A DNA stretch of 64,000 bases from Bacteroidales bacterium (GTDB lineage: Bacteria > Bacteroidota > Bacteroidia > Bacteroidales > PUMT01). Below the pieces are notes generated by a model that saw only the letters and a program-made list of their open reading frames with translations, had not been told where the DNA came from and searched no databases. The translations under genes were made by a program, and so were the position numbers. Below, in pieces: positions 26,401 through 35,125 of this stretch (its first letter is position 1; every line of letters begins with the position of its first letter). The stretch lies in assembly GCA_007134675.1 (NCBI GenBank), contig SLKJ01000012.1:6513-70512 (forward strand), in the 5' to 3' direction.

Positions 26401-27403
26401 AGTGGTTATGGATGAGCCTGATCCCATAGAGATCTCTGCAACGGTAGTTCCTGCAAGCTGCAGCCGTTTCAGTCCGGATGGCGAAATTGAAATTGAGTCA
26501 ACAGGCGGTACCGGCAACCATTCATTTCTCTGGTCAGATGGCCAGGAGACTCCCGGTATTGAAGGTATTCTGCCGGGTGAGCATATCGTCCGGGTTACCG
26601 ATGAAAATGGCTGTACTGACTCTCTCTCGGTTAACGTTGAATACCTCAATCTTCTTGAAGTCTCGCTTCCTCAGCAATTGACCGTATGCGCAGGCGGGGA
26701 GGTGGAGCTTACCTCTACGCTGATGCAGAGCGGAACTTCGGCCAAATATTCATGGGTTGCATCTGAAGGGGCTGCTCCTGATACTGTTGCATCGCCATTA
26801 GTTGCGCCGCTGGTGCCGACATCCTATACTCTGACGGTGACCGATGAGAATGGTTGCTATGATGAGGCAGATGTCCTGGTCGATCACTATCCGCTTGAGG
26901 GCATCTTTATTGGCAATGATACGGTCATATTCCAGGGCACTTCCATTACACTCGAGGCCAAAGGCGGTGAATTTGTCAGCTATGAATGGACACCCTCAAC
27001 AGGTTTGAGTGAAGTGAGCGGACCTGTGACGACTGCCACGGTAATGAACCCCACAAGATATTTTGTTTATGCAGAGACTGCCAATGGCTGCAGTGAGTCG
27101 GCCGACATTTTCGTTGACATAATTCAACCGGTAAAACCGGTATCAGGATTCACTCCCAATGATGACGGGGTCAACGACTTTTTTGACATTATTAATGCAG
27201 AGGACTATCCGGATATTGAAGTTGAAGTATACAACCGCTCCGGGCAAAGGGTTTTCCATTCCAGGGGATACAGTGACGATAAGAGGTGGGACGGAACCTA
27301 CAACGGCAGGGAACTGCCGATGGGTACATATTATTATGTGATAAGGCTCAATGATATATTCGGTACAAAACCGTTAACCGGACCGGTAACAATAGTTAGA
27401 TAA
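23408..27403 (+). CDS. SprB-repeat surface protein with T9SS type-B C-terminal domain
   Basis: Signal peptide, many C..DG.I...GGT.PY.YS..D.NGC repeats, C-terminal FTPNDDGVND..YNRSGQ..WDGTYNG..GTYYY. Confidence 0.92.
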   Translation: MRKLYSLLILLIPLAILSGNAHAQDFQIVSVTSEPTTCYDNDEGSISIEVSGGSPDYSYMWVKISAPFGSGMVDSPLTEHTFTNLPRGSYIIYVNYAGSEEDALERVVSVGSPPQLFAGITPDPAETCVLTGISLNGNPSGGTGSYIHEWSGGGAMYLSSDATGNPVFESPVQGVFPLTYTVKDDNGCEATDMIDVVVYPELSASAAVTADVKCYGGNDGEITISSPMGGTGNFEYRISGSVWQTGTVFQGLPAGLYDVYMRDASVDLCVKTIGFGLEVTQPSKALEGAVTDIENVSCYMGDDGSVTVEGSGGTAPYSYSLDGGPATGSGVFGGLAAGDYVVRVIDDNDCTFDVPVTISQPSEALAGAVTDIENVSCYMGDDGSVTVEGSGGTAPYSYSLDGGPATGSGVFGGLAAGDYVVRIIDDNDCTFDVPVTVSQPSEALGGAVTDIENVSCYMGDDGSVTVEGSGGTAPYSYCLDGGPASGSGVFGGLAAGDYLVTVIDNNDCTFDVPVTVSQPGEFTITAEWTGITCYNAADGEIVVSAAGGTAPWEYSVFIDEEPVYQDSPVFSGLDQELYTVVARDANMCLSNQLVIEITEPDQVFVGFNAPAIETCFGDPGTITLTASGGTGNFEYSISTTQYVPADFQSLNIFDNLSGDVAYYAFVRDTETNCTVNVNAGNSITIDQPSEIVYSVTEVLDVTDCSFSTNGRIRISMPAGGSSPYRYLIDGVNNGSRTFSDLGVGEYLIEVEDNKGCRKPEIVTLSGPDPVVIDNYMLTNVTGCFGNTNGEISVQASGGAGDLEYSINGMDFFASGDFDNLTAGEHIVTVRDANSCEFNFPFTLEGPEELLFAFVDINNIVIGSGEESGSVLIGMSGGTEPYTYSIDDGSTWQDEAFFEELALGDYVILVSDANDCIADTSVTITEVLGIDASAEVQPPSCYGYEDGTIVITAEMGNEPFEYSIDDGQQFHSSGTFTGLPADTYRLQVRDAMNYIWEGTVVMDEPDPIEISATVVPASCSRFSPDGEIEIESTGGTGNHSFLWSDGQETPGIEGILPGEHIVRVTDENGCTDSLSVNVEYLNLLEVSLPQQLTVCAGGEVELTSTLMQSGTSAKYSWVASEGAAPDTVASPLVAPLVPTSYTLTVTDENGCYDEADVLVDHYPLEGIFIGNDTVIFQGTSITLEAKGGEFVSYEWTPSTGLSEVSGPVTTATVMNPTRYFVYAETANGCSESADIFVDIIQPVKPVSGFTPNDDGVNDFFDIINAEDYPDIEVEVYNRSGQRVFHSRGYSDDKRWDGTYNGRELPMGTYYYVIRLNDIFGTKPLTGPVTIVR
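24246..24956 (+). repeat. Three near-identical 237-bp (79-aa) SprB repeat units
   Basis: Units start at 24246, 24483 and 24720 (GAVTDIENVSCYMGDDG...). Confidence 0.92.
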
Positions 27404-27404
27404 T

Positions 27405-28373
27405 ATGAAGATGAATATGAATAGTATTTTATTTAGGATGCAGAGATGCATCAGGTGGGCTGTTAAAGCTGACAGGTTGCTGCCTGCAGCAATTGTTCAG
27501 CTGATTCTGTTGCTTGCAACGGCAGGCGGGACAAAGGCACAACAACTGCCGGTGTATACACAGTTTATGTTTAACTCGTATGTATTCAATCCTGCTGTTG
27601 CCGGCACTGACGATTATTACCAGGTGAGGCTGAACAGCCGGTTCCAGTGGACCGGGATTGCGGATGCTCCGCAAACAAACAGCCTGAGTGTCTATGGTCC
27701 CCATGCAGAAAAGGACATGGGTTTCGGGGGCTATATCTTTAATGATGCTACCGGCCCTACAAGCCGTAACGGGCTTTATGGATCATATGCATATAACCTG
27801 CTGGTAAGCAATGATATAAGATTCTCGATGGGTTTGTCTGCAGGGATCCTGCAGAACCGGGTGGACGGTTCAAAAATAACACTGCTTGATCCTTCTGACC
27901 CGGCAATGCCCAATTCGGTTACCTCATCCTTTTCGCCCGATGCAACAGTGGCAATATACCTTTACTCGCCTACATTTCATGCCGGGTTTTCTGCACATCA
28001 GCTTTTTGGCAATACCCTGAACCTTTTTGAGGAGGGGACCGGCCTGAATAAGCTGAAAACCCACTTTTACCTCACCGGAGGATACAGGTACATGATCAGT
28101 CATGACTACCTGCTGGAACCATCTGTTATAATACGTGGTTCCATGCCAACACCACTGCAGGTGGATTTCAACCTCAAAGCATATTACCGTGAACTTTTAT
28201 GGCTCGGGGTATCTGTCCGCTCCCAGGATGCGGTATCTTTTTTGGTGGGTTATACACACGAAAACAGGTTTAATTTCGGTTATTCATATGACATGAGCTT
28301 TTCACCAATTCGTCATTTCAATTCAGGTTCACATGAAGTATTCATTGGTATGCGGTTTAACCCGGTCAAGTAA
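27405..28373 (+). CDS. T9SS outer-membrane protein, PorP/SprF family
   Basis: QQLPVYTQFMFN..NPAVAG, RFQWTG, GYSYD, GSHEV; directly follows the type-B CTD gene. Confidence 0.93.
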   Translation: MKMNMNSILFRMQRCIRWAVKADRLLPAAIVQLILLLATAGGTKAQQLPVYTQFMFNSYVFNPAVAGTDDYYQVRLNSRFQWTGIADAPQTNSLSVYGPHAEKDMGFGGYIFNDATGPTSRNGLYGSYAYNLLVSNDIRFSMGLSAGILQNRVDGSKITLLDPSDPAMPNSVTSSFSPDATVAIYLYSPTFHAGFSAHQLFGNTLNLFEEGTGLNKLKTHFYLTGGYRYMISHDYLLEPSVIIRGSMPTPLQVDFNLKAYYRELLWLGVSVRSQDAVSFLVGYTHENRFNFGYSYDMSFSPIRHFNSGSHEVFIGMRFNPVK

Positions 28374-29205
28374 CAGCAGGCCTGTTTTTCTGTTTCTCCT
28401 TTGCAACCTTTTTATATTGATATTACTAATTTCCGGCTGTTCTTCACATCCCAAGGGCCCTCCCTCCAGGGGTGTTATGGATCAGAACAGGTTTGTCGAT
28501 CTTCTTGTGGATATCCATTATTATGAAGGTATTTATTCCGCCACCCAAACTCCGGAGTCGTATCATCTCGATATTGAGCACGATACAGTGGATTATTATC
28601 AGGGTGTATTCGAAAAACACGGAGTTACCAGGGAGGAGTTTCAGAAATCTTTGATTTACTACTCTTACAATCCCAGTCAGTTTGAAAGATTATATAACCG
28701 GGTGATAGATGATCTTAATAAAAAGATTATAGAAGCGGATATAAAGGAACTTGAATTACAGGAGCAATCGTCAGCTGATCAGACCGTGGCAGTTGAGTCA
28801 GAGAATATTTGGAACACCAGTGAAAACTGGTTTTTTCCCGGCCCCGACACAAACAGGATGATAAGCTTTAAAATCCCGGCAAGAGGACCCGGAAAATATA
28901 CATTTACCGCTGATATTCAGCTGGACAGAAGGGACATCGCAGAGGATCCGAGGGTCAGTCTCTGGTTCTGGTACGATGACGGAACCGAACATGGCTACCG
29001 TGAAAATTTTACCCCGTTCAGCCTTAATAAGGATGGCAGGACCAGGAAGGTAACCGTTGCTGGGGTTCTGACCAACCCCGATGTTACTCATGTTAAGGGA
29101 CGTGTTCTGGATCTTTCGAACCCTGATGATACAGGGGACAGGCATGCGATAGTCAGCGATATACGCCTTCTTTTCAGTGAGGAGCCCGATCCGGAGCGCC
29201 TGTAA
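28333..29205 (+). CDS. DUF4296 domain lipoprotein with C-terminal extension
   Basis: Lipobox ISGC; LLVDIH..VFEKHGVTREEFQKSLIYYS..LYNRV. Confidence 0.8.
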   Translation: MKYSLVCGLTRSSNSRPVFLFLLCNLFILILLISGCSSHPKGPPSRGVMDQNRFVDLLVDIHYYEGIYSATQTPESYHLDIEHDTVDYYQGVFEKHGVTREEFQKSLIYYSYNPSQFERLYNRVIDDLNKKIIEADIKELELQEQSSADQTVAVESENIWNTSENWFFPGPDTNRMISFKIPARGPGKYTFTADIQLDRRDIAEDPRVSLWFWYDDGTEHGYRENFTPFSLNKDGRTRKVTVAGVLTNPDVTHVKGRVLDLSNPDDTGDRHAIVSDIRLLFSEEPDPERL

Positions 29206-29223
29206 ATAATTAATTTCTTATTC

Positions 29224-30099
29224 ATGATGCGAAAGGTAGCTGCCAGTATTGTCTTTCCGGTATCCTCCCCTCCGCGCAAAAATGCTGTTGTTGAGATTGA
29301 CAGGTATGGTACGGTGGTTTCGGTTAGCTGCGGTGGCCTATCCTTCAAAGAAATTGCGGGTGTAGAATACTACAGTGGTTTTCTGGTACCGGGGCTGGCT
29401 GATGTTATGTGCAGCCCAAATGAGAGTGGCCACAGCCTTCTTGCAGGCGGGGTCAGAGTGGCAGGAAGGGTAGGATGGCCGGAGGATAGTGACGGAAGCT
29501 ATGGCCCGCCGAGGCAAATGGTGCCGGATACCACAGGTGTTACATGGCGAAACGGCTACGGAGGAGCAGTCGGCTATACCCTCTACAACAGCATGGATCA
29601 TTTCAGTCAATTTTTCAGCGAAAGTGAGATAAACGACATCCTTCTTTTCAGTGCCCCCGAAGGTGAACTGGAAGTGCTCGCCAGCCATTGGCGGACTGAT
29701 AAAGGGCGAACCGACCGGTCAGGTGCCGACCGGTCAGGTGCCGACCAGACAGGAGCCGACCGGGCACGAATCAGCCGGACACGAACCAGCCGGGCACAAA
29801 TCAGCCTGGCAGGAAACGACCGGTTAAGAACCAGCCGGGAATCGTCCGGCTTGATACAGGTTAACCCGGGACTTACCGGCTTGCTCGGGATTATGCTTAC
29901 GTTGCAGGACGCTCCCCCACATTACAGTTTCCCGAAACTTCTTACCATGGCTACGCTGAACGGAGTGCTGGCTTCCGGATACCGGGGAGAGGCAGGCTGC
30001 CTGTTACCTGGTATGCGTCCGGGACTGAATATCATTGAGGGCGTCGATATCGGAAAAATGCGGCTGCTGCCGGTAAGCCGTATCAGACAAATATGCTGA
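29224..30099 (+). CDS. Degenerate amidohydrolase-like protein (possible pseudoenzyme)
   Basis: Retains the N-terminal beta-sandwich (GFLVPG) and C-terminal ATLNG..G.L.PG.RPGLN, but has no HxH motif and a short, repeat-filled core. Confidence 0.6.
   Translation: MMRKVAASIVFPVSSPPRKNAVVEIDRYGTVVSVSCGGLSFKEIAGVEYYSGFLVPGLADVMCSPNESGHSLLAGGVRVAGRVGWPEDSDGSYGPPRQMVPDTTGVTWRNGYGGAVGYTLYNSMDHFSQFFSESEINDILLFSAPEGELEVLASHWRTDKGRTDRSGADRSGADQTGADRARISRTRTSRAQISLAGNDRLRTSRESSGLIQVNPGLTGLLGIMLTLQDAPPHYSFPKLLTMATLNGVLASGYRGEAGCLLPGMRPGLNIIEGVDIGKMRLLPVSRIRQIC
29710..29844. repeat. In-frame degenerate 15-bp repeat (about 9 copies)
   Basis: ACCGACCGGTCAGGT/GCCGACCGGTCAGGT.../ACCAGCCGGGCACAA encoding TDRSG-ADRSG-ADQTG... 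Confidence 0.8.
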
Positions 30100-30167
30100 A
30101 AGTACGTGAAAAGGGATCTTCGGGTTGGAAATATTTGAGGTAAAAAATATTAAAAGACTGATAGTTA

Positions 30168-30593
30168 CTATTTTACTCCCTGCTCCTTCAGCCATTCCAC
30201 TGCCTCAATGTCATAATGCAGTATATGGTTGATAAGCCAGTTTTCAAGGTAAAAATACATATCCTCACAAACCTCTTTTTTGCCGCTCTGGTAATCTTCC
30301 TTGAATTTTACTATTCTGTTGATGAAATTGTTATGGCTCTCCTGGTGTTTTGAAAAACCGGTGTAACCGGACTCCTTGAAGTATATCTCTTCATTTATCA
30401 GGTAGTGTTCGGCATAGTGAACAAGTGAAAAAAAGATGTCAGCAACTTTTATCTTGCAATCTTTTTCGGTGATTACTTTCTTAAGCTTGTTGATGATCTC
30501 AAAGAACTTTTCACGGTGTTCATCAATTGCTTTTACCCCAACTTTGTAGTCATCCTTCCATATAAATGGTTCGGGTGATATGGTTCCGGACAT
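30168..30593 (-). CDS. Bacteriohemerythrin-like protein
   Basis: W.D.Y.VGV.AID, EE, HQESH, WLINHILHYD; ATG at 30593. Confidence 0.88.
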   Translation of the reverse strand: MSGTISPEPFIWKDDYKVGVKAIDEHREKFFEIINKLKKVITEKDCKIKVADIFFSLVHYAEHYLINEEIYFKESGYTGFSKHQESHNNFINRIVKFKEDYQSGKKEVCEDMYFYLENWLINHILHYDIEAVEWLKEQGVK

Positions 30594-30622
30594 CTTATTT
30601 TTTTTAGTTGTTTTTATAAATA

Positions 30623-30665
30623 CAAAATTAGACCGAAATAGTCTACATACAATGACTATTGTCAT
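30623..30665 (-). promoter_or_regulatory. Hemerythrin promoter with Crp/Fnr-like box
   Basis: -7 element TAATTTTG (30630-30623) and perfect ATGAC-TATT-GTCAT palindrome at 30652-30665. Confidence 0.6.
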
Positions 30666-30778
30666 ACAGACTGCTTAACCTGGCAGGTATAGAGACAGGC
30701 AGACCAGCCTGAATATTTGGAACCGGGATACTGGTTTTTTATAAAAAAACATTAAGTTCGCTGGCAATTTGATTTCCG

Positions 30779-31558
30779 ATGGCTACATTTTTATTCGGTG
30801 AGATTGTCTTTGGCCCGGTAAAAAGCAGAAGACTGGGTGTTTCACTTGGCATAAATCTCCTGCCCGGCGACAGGAAATGGTGCAGCTTCAATTGTATCTA
30901 TTGTGAATGCGGATGGACCAGCCGGGAAAAATACAGTGCTGAGAAATTTCCGTCGCGTCATGTTGTCAGGGAAAAACTCAGGGAAAAGCTTCTCATGATG
31001 AGCGGGGAGGGTAAGAAACCCGACACGATAACCTTTGCCGGTAATGGTGAACCCACACTGCATCCTTCTTTTGCCGGAATAATTGCAGATACCGTCATTC
31101 TGCGTGACAGCCTTTCGCCGGATGCACGGGTGGCGGTGCTCTCAAACGCCACTACACTGGACAACCCTTCGGTTTTCAACGCCCTTAAGATGGCGGATCA
31201 GAGTATTCTGAAGATCGATTCAGCAAGGGAGGAGACTGTCAGGCTTCTCAACCAGCCGGGTGAGGATTTCAGCCAGGATCAGCTGGTGAAGAATATTATG
31301 AGATTGGATGGAATGTTTATATTGCAGACCCTGTTTGTGAGAGGTGTATACAATGGTGTTGAGGTGGACAATGCTTCTGAAGAGGAGTTGAAGGAGTGGT
31401 TACTGCTTGTGGAACGTCTCAGACCCCGGATGGTTATGGTCTACACTATTGCCAGGGATACTCCGGTCGGGGGCCTGAGGAAGGTGCCGCCCGATGAGCT
31501 GTATCGCATCGCAGAAAGGGTGGAATTGCTGGGTATTGAGGTGCAGGTATCAATATGA
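30779..31558 (+). CDS. Radical SAM protein
   Basis: GPVKSRRLGVSLGINL, CSFNCIYC, FAGNGEPTLHP. Confidence 0.92.
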   Translation: MATFLFGEIVFGPVKSRRLGVSLGINLLPGDRKWCSFNCIYCECGWTSREKYSAEKFPSRHVVREKLREKLLMMSGEGKKPDTITFAGNGEPTLHPSFAGIIADTVILRDSLSPDARVAVLSNATTLDNPSVFNALKMADQSILKIDSAREETVRLLNQPGEDFSQDQLVKNIMRLDGMFILQTLFVRGVYNGVEVDNASEEELKEWLLLVERLRPRMVMVYTIARDTPVGGLRKVPPDELYRIAERVELLGIEVQVSI

Positions 31559-32934
31559 CGATGAAAAAGCTGTGTGTACTGGTTTGCCCTGTGGATTGGG
31601 GACTGGGCCATGCGTCCCGGTGTGTACCGGTTATAAGGGCTTTCCTTGAGACCGGATGCCGTGTTGTTGTGGGTGTTTCAGGTCCCGGTGCTGAAATGAT
31701 AATCAGGGAATTCGGGATTTCCGATTCAATCGAAACAGCAGGAGAAAATGGTGTGGATGGCCAGCCGGACCCTGACAGTTTATCAGGCAGGCATGCAGAT
31801 AGCCGGCAGAGAGGTTGCGAAAGCTATGGCCGGCAAATACCCGGTAATGTCAGAACGGAGAAGAAGCACTGCAGCGACAGACTGGAAATAATTCCTTTCC
31901 CGGGTTTTTCTGTTACCAGTTACCGGAAGTTTTTTTTCCCTGGCATGCTGCTTCGTGTTCCTGCTTTTCTGAAAAATATCTCCAGGGAAAAGCGGGTTCT
32001 GAAGAGGCTGGTTGAAAGGTGCAGTCCGGATTTGATTGTGTCTGATAACCGATACGGTCTGGTGAACGAAAAGGTGACCTCTGTGATAATAACCCATCAG
32101 CTCAGACCGTCTATGCCTTTATTATTAAGGCCGCTGGAGGGGATGGTGTCGAGGGTGATCAGACGGTGGGCCGGGGCTTTTGATGAATGCTGGATTCCCG
32201 ATTGTGCTGATGATCCTGCTGCAGGAAAGCTGACTGCAGGCCATGAAAGCCTTTCTGGCGCATTTTTTACCGGATGGCTTAGCAGGTTTTCGCCGGGGTC
32301 AGATCGTTACAGCAATCAGGCGGTTAGTCCGGAACCTCCCGGTTCCGGAGGTTCTTCCGGAACGTTCCGATACAGATTCCTGTTTCTTCTTTCCGGTCCT
32401 GAGCCCCACCGCACCATGCTGGAGGATATTATTAAAACAGGGATTCGCGATTCATCTGAAAGGGCATTGCTGGTGAGGGGATTGCCGGGTAGTTTCCCCG
32501 AAAGGGAAATAGCAGGAAATCTGGAGATCCTCGCTTTTTTGGATTCTCCGCGGCTCCGGAAGGCGATAGAGGAGTCGGAGATTGTGGTTTGCCGTAGCGG
32601 ATACAGCTCTGTGATGGACCTGCTGGTGCTTGGAAGGACCGCCGTGCTTGTCCCCACCCCCGGTCAGACTGAGCAGGAGTACCTTGGCAAATGGCTCGCC
32701 TCAAAGGGATGGTTCAGGGTAGTCAGGCAAAGTGATTTTAACCTGCAGAAACTGATTGAACAGCAGAAGGGCGGGTTTACAGAAGGCTCAGAAAAGAAGC
32801 CGGACAGAGGGTCTGGCTACAGCATGGCTGAATGGCACAAAACGACGGCCATTGCACATAAGCTTCTGCTGGAGAAGAGGGTTAAGAATGTGTTGAGAAA
32901 AGCCTCTGACTCCCCGGACAGGTCTAAAAGCTGA
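31555..32934 (+). CDS. Glycosyltransferase (GT-B, GT28 C-terminal-like)
   Basis: DWGLGHASRC, SDNRYG, SGPEPHR, CRSGYSSVMDL, PTPGQTEQEYL. Confidence 0.88.
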   Translation: MTMKKLCVLVCPVDWGLGHASRCVPVIRAFLETGCRVVVGVSGPGAEMIIREFGISDSIETAGENGVDGQPDPDSLSGRHADSRQRGCESYGRQIPGNVRTEKKHCSDRLEIIPFPGFSVTSYRKFFFPGMLLRVPAFLKNISREKRVLKRLVERCSPDLIVSDNRYGLVNEKVTSVIITHQLRPSMPLLLRPLEGMVSRVIRRWAGAFDECWIPDCADDPAAGKLTAGHESLSGAFFTGWLSRFSPGSDRYSNQAVSPEPPGSGGSSGTFRYRFLFLLSGPEPHRTMLEDIIKTGIRDSSERALLVRGLPGSFPEREIAGNLEILAFLDSPRLRKAIEESEIVVCRSGYSSVMDLLVLGRTAVLVPTPGQTEQEYLGKWLASKGWFRVVRQSDFNLQKLIEQQKGGFTEGSEKKPDRGSGYSMAEWHKTTAIAHKLLLEKRVKNVLRKASDSPDRSKS

Positions 32935-33532
32935 ACATAAGAAAAAAAGCGATAGCCGTTCCACCCAGGTATCCAGCATATATCTGAGCGGGTGTATGTG
33001 CCTTCAGGGTAAGCCTAGCCCAGCCAGCGATACCTGCGATAAGGAAAAAAATTGCCAGATATATCTGGAGGTTGATTCCGAATCTGAAAGCAACGGCAAG
33101 CAGCATGCCTGTGAGTGCACCAAGGGCTGTCATATGCAGGCTTATCTTCCAGATGAGAGAGATCAGAGTACAGAAGAGGAGCGTCAGGCTTGCCGTTATG
33201 ACATAGATATTTATCAGTCCGGGCACATTAATCCGCGCCAGCATATACCAGGTGAAAATATAAAAAACAACCGCGATCAGCAGAGGCAGGATCCTTTCGC
33301 GGTGGTCATCCATCCCAATGTTTCTGATAGTTCTCTGATACAGCATGAAGGGGATCAGACTCATTGGCAGAATAGTTGTACCGGTAATAAAAATAAGAAA
33401 GATTGCCCTCTTATGTGAGTATGTGAGGAAATCAAGGTAAGTGCCGGAATTGAAAAGCAGGAGCATCCCCAGAGGAGGCATGATAAGGGGGTGGAAAACT
33501 ATTGTAGCTATTCTGGCGAGACTGTTTTGCAT
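32924..33532 (-). CDS. PAP2-like membrane protein
   Basis: Six TMs; FHPL, WKISLH, ARL..KAHTPAQIYAG. Confidence 0.78.
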   Translation of the reverse strand: MQNSLARIATIVFHPLIMPPLGMLLLFNSGTYLDFLTYSHKRAIFLIFITGTTILPMSLIPFMLYQRTIRNIGMDDHRERILPLLIAVVFYIFTWYMLARINVPGLINIYVITASLTLLFCTLISLIWKISLHMTALGALTGMLLAVAFRFGINLQIYLAIFFLIAGIAGWARLTLKAHTPAQIYAGYLGGTAIAFFLMFSF

Positions 33533-33554
33533 GTGAAGTTTTTTTTGGAAGGTG

Positions 33555-35018
33555 TCAGAGTTCCTTTCTAAGCCGGGCTACCGGTATGTTGAGCTGTTCC
33601 CTGTATTTTGCAACAGTGCGGCGAGCAATGTTATAACCTTTTCCCCTGAGTATTTCAACAAGCTTCTCGTCTGTGAGTGGAGTGCGCTTAACTTCATTTT
33701 TTATGCATTCAGCCATTATATTTTTTATTTCCCGGGTTGATACCTCCTCACCCGATTCACTTTGCAGTCCCTCTGAAAAGAATGACTTGAGAGGAAATAT
33801 GCCGAAATGGGTCTGGATGTATTTACTGTTTGCTACACGGCTTATGGTGGAGATGTCAAGTCCTGTTTTTTCTGCAATGTTCTTCAGGATCATCGGTTTC
33901 AGCTTAGTTTCATCCCCCTCGGCAAAGTACTCCTTCTGATAATCAATAATGGCTTTCATGGTAAGCATAAGGGTATTCTGCCTTTGTATAATGGCATCTA
34001 TGAACCATCTTGCAGAGTCAAGTTTTTGTTTTACGAAATTTATGGTATCCTTATCCTCCCTGCTGTGCTTGTTTTTATTTTGAGAATATGTTTCTATCAT
34101 CTGGCTGTAGGTCCGGTTTATGCGCAGCTCCGGGACATTATGGGAATTGAGGCTCAGCATAAGCTCACCGTCTTTCATGTCGAGGATGAAATCGGGAATT
34201 ATGTGCTGTGAGGACTGTTGCATAGGGTCGCTGTATGAACTCCCTGGTTTGGGGTTTAACTTCAGTATCTCCTCAACGGATCTCTTAAGCTGGTCTTCGG
34301 AGATATTCATGCGCCTCTGGATCTTGTCGTAATGTTTACGGGTAAATTCCTGGAAATGCGATTTTATTATCCTGCGGGCCAGTTCAACCGGGGGATCGGA
34401 CTGGTCTTTGCGACTTATTTGTAAAAGAAGGCATTCCTGCAGGTCGCGGGCACCGACACCCGCCGGATCAAAATCCTGTATTATCTGCAGTATTTCGAAC
34501 AGCTCCTCTTCAGTGGCGCTTATATTCTGGGTAAATGCCAGATCATCAACTATGGCTTCAAGCTTTCGTCTCAGATATCCGTCGTCATCAATATTGCCAA
34601 GTAGATACCTGGCAAGTGTCTCCTGCTTCTCAGTAAGGGAACGCAATCCAAGCTGGCTCTCAAGGTGTGCCTGGAAATTGGGTGATGAGCTCAGGGGCAC
34701 ATCCGGCCTTTTGTCGTCGTCAGAATAGTTGTTGGTGCTCAGTTTATAGTTGGGAATGTCATCATCTTCCAGGTAATCTTCGAGCGAGAATTCCTCATCG
34801 TCATTGTCTGAGTTATTTTCGTTCTCTTCATCATTCTGGTCGTTTGCATCTAAATCCTCAACCTCAGCTTCACCCTCTTCCAGTATGGGATTCTCCTCCA
34901 GCTCCTTCTTGATCCTCTGCTCAAGCTGCATGGCAGGGATCTCCAGCAGTTTTATCATCTGTATCTGCTGCGGAGAAAGCTTCTGAAGCAGCTTCTGTTG
35001 TAATCTCTGTTTTAACAT
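33555..35018 (-). CDS. rpoN: RNA polymerase sigma-54 factor
   Basis: LQQKLSPQQIQ, DPAGVGARDLQECL, RpoN box ARRTVAKYRE; start at 35018. Confidence 0.97.
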   Translation of the reverse strand: MLKQRLQQKLLQKLSPQQIQMIKLLEIPAMQLEQRIKKELEENPILEEGEAEVEDLDANDQNDEENENNSDNDDEEFSLEDYLEDDDIPNYKLSTNNYSDDDKRPDVPLSSSPNFQAHLESQLGLRSLTEKQETLARYLLGNIDDDGYLRRKLEAIVDDLAFTQNISATEEELFEILQIIQDFDPAGVGARDLQECLLLQISRKDQSDPPVELARRIIKSHFQEFTRKHYDKIQRRMNISEDQLKRSVEEILKLNPKPGSSYSDPMQQSSQHIIPDFILDMKDGELMLSLNSHNVPELRINRTYSQMIETYSQNKNKHSREDKDTINFVKQKLDSARWFIDAIIQRQNTLMLTMKAIIDYQKEYFAEGDETKLKPMILKNIAEKTGLDISTISRVANSKYIQTHFGIFPLKSFFSEGLQSESGEEVSTREIKNIMAECIKNEVKRTPLTDEKLVEILRGKGYNIARRTVAKYREQLNIPVARLRKEL

Positions 35019-35125
35019 AACTTTATGCCTGTTCCTACCCTGGCAATTTACAAAAATTTTATTTAACAATCGGCAGTTGTGTCATGCCAATCTTATTAGT
35101 ACTTTATACAGGGAAAAAATAACTT

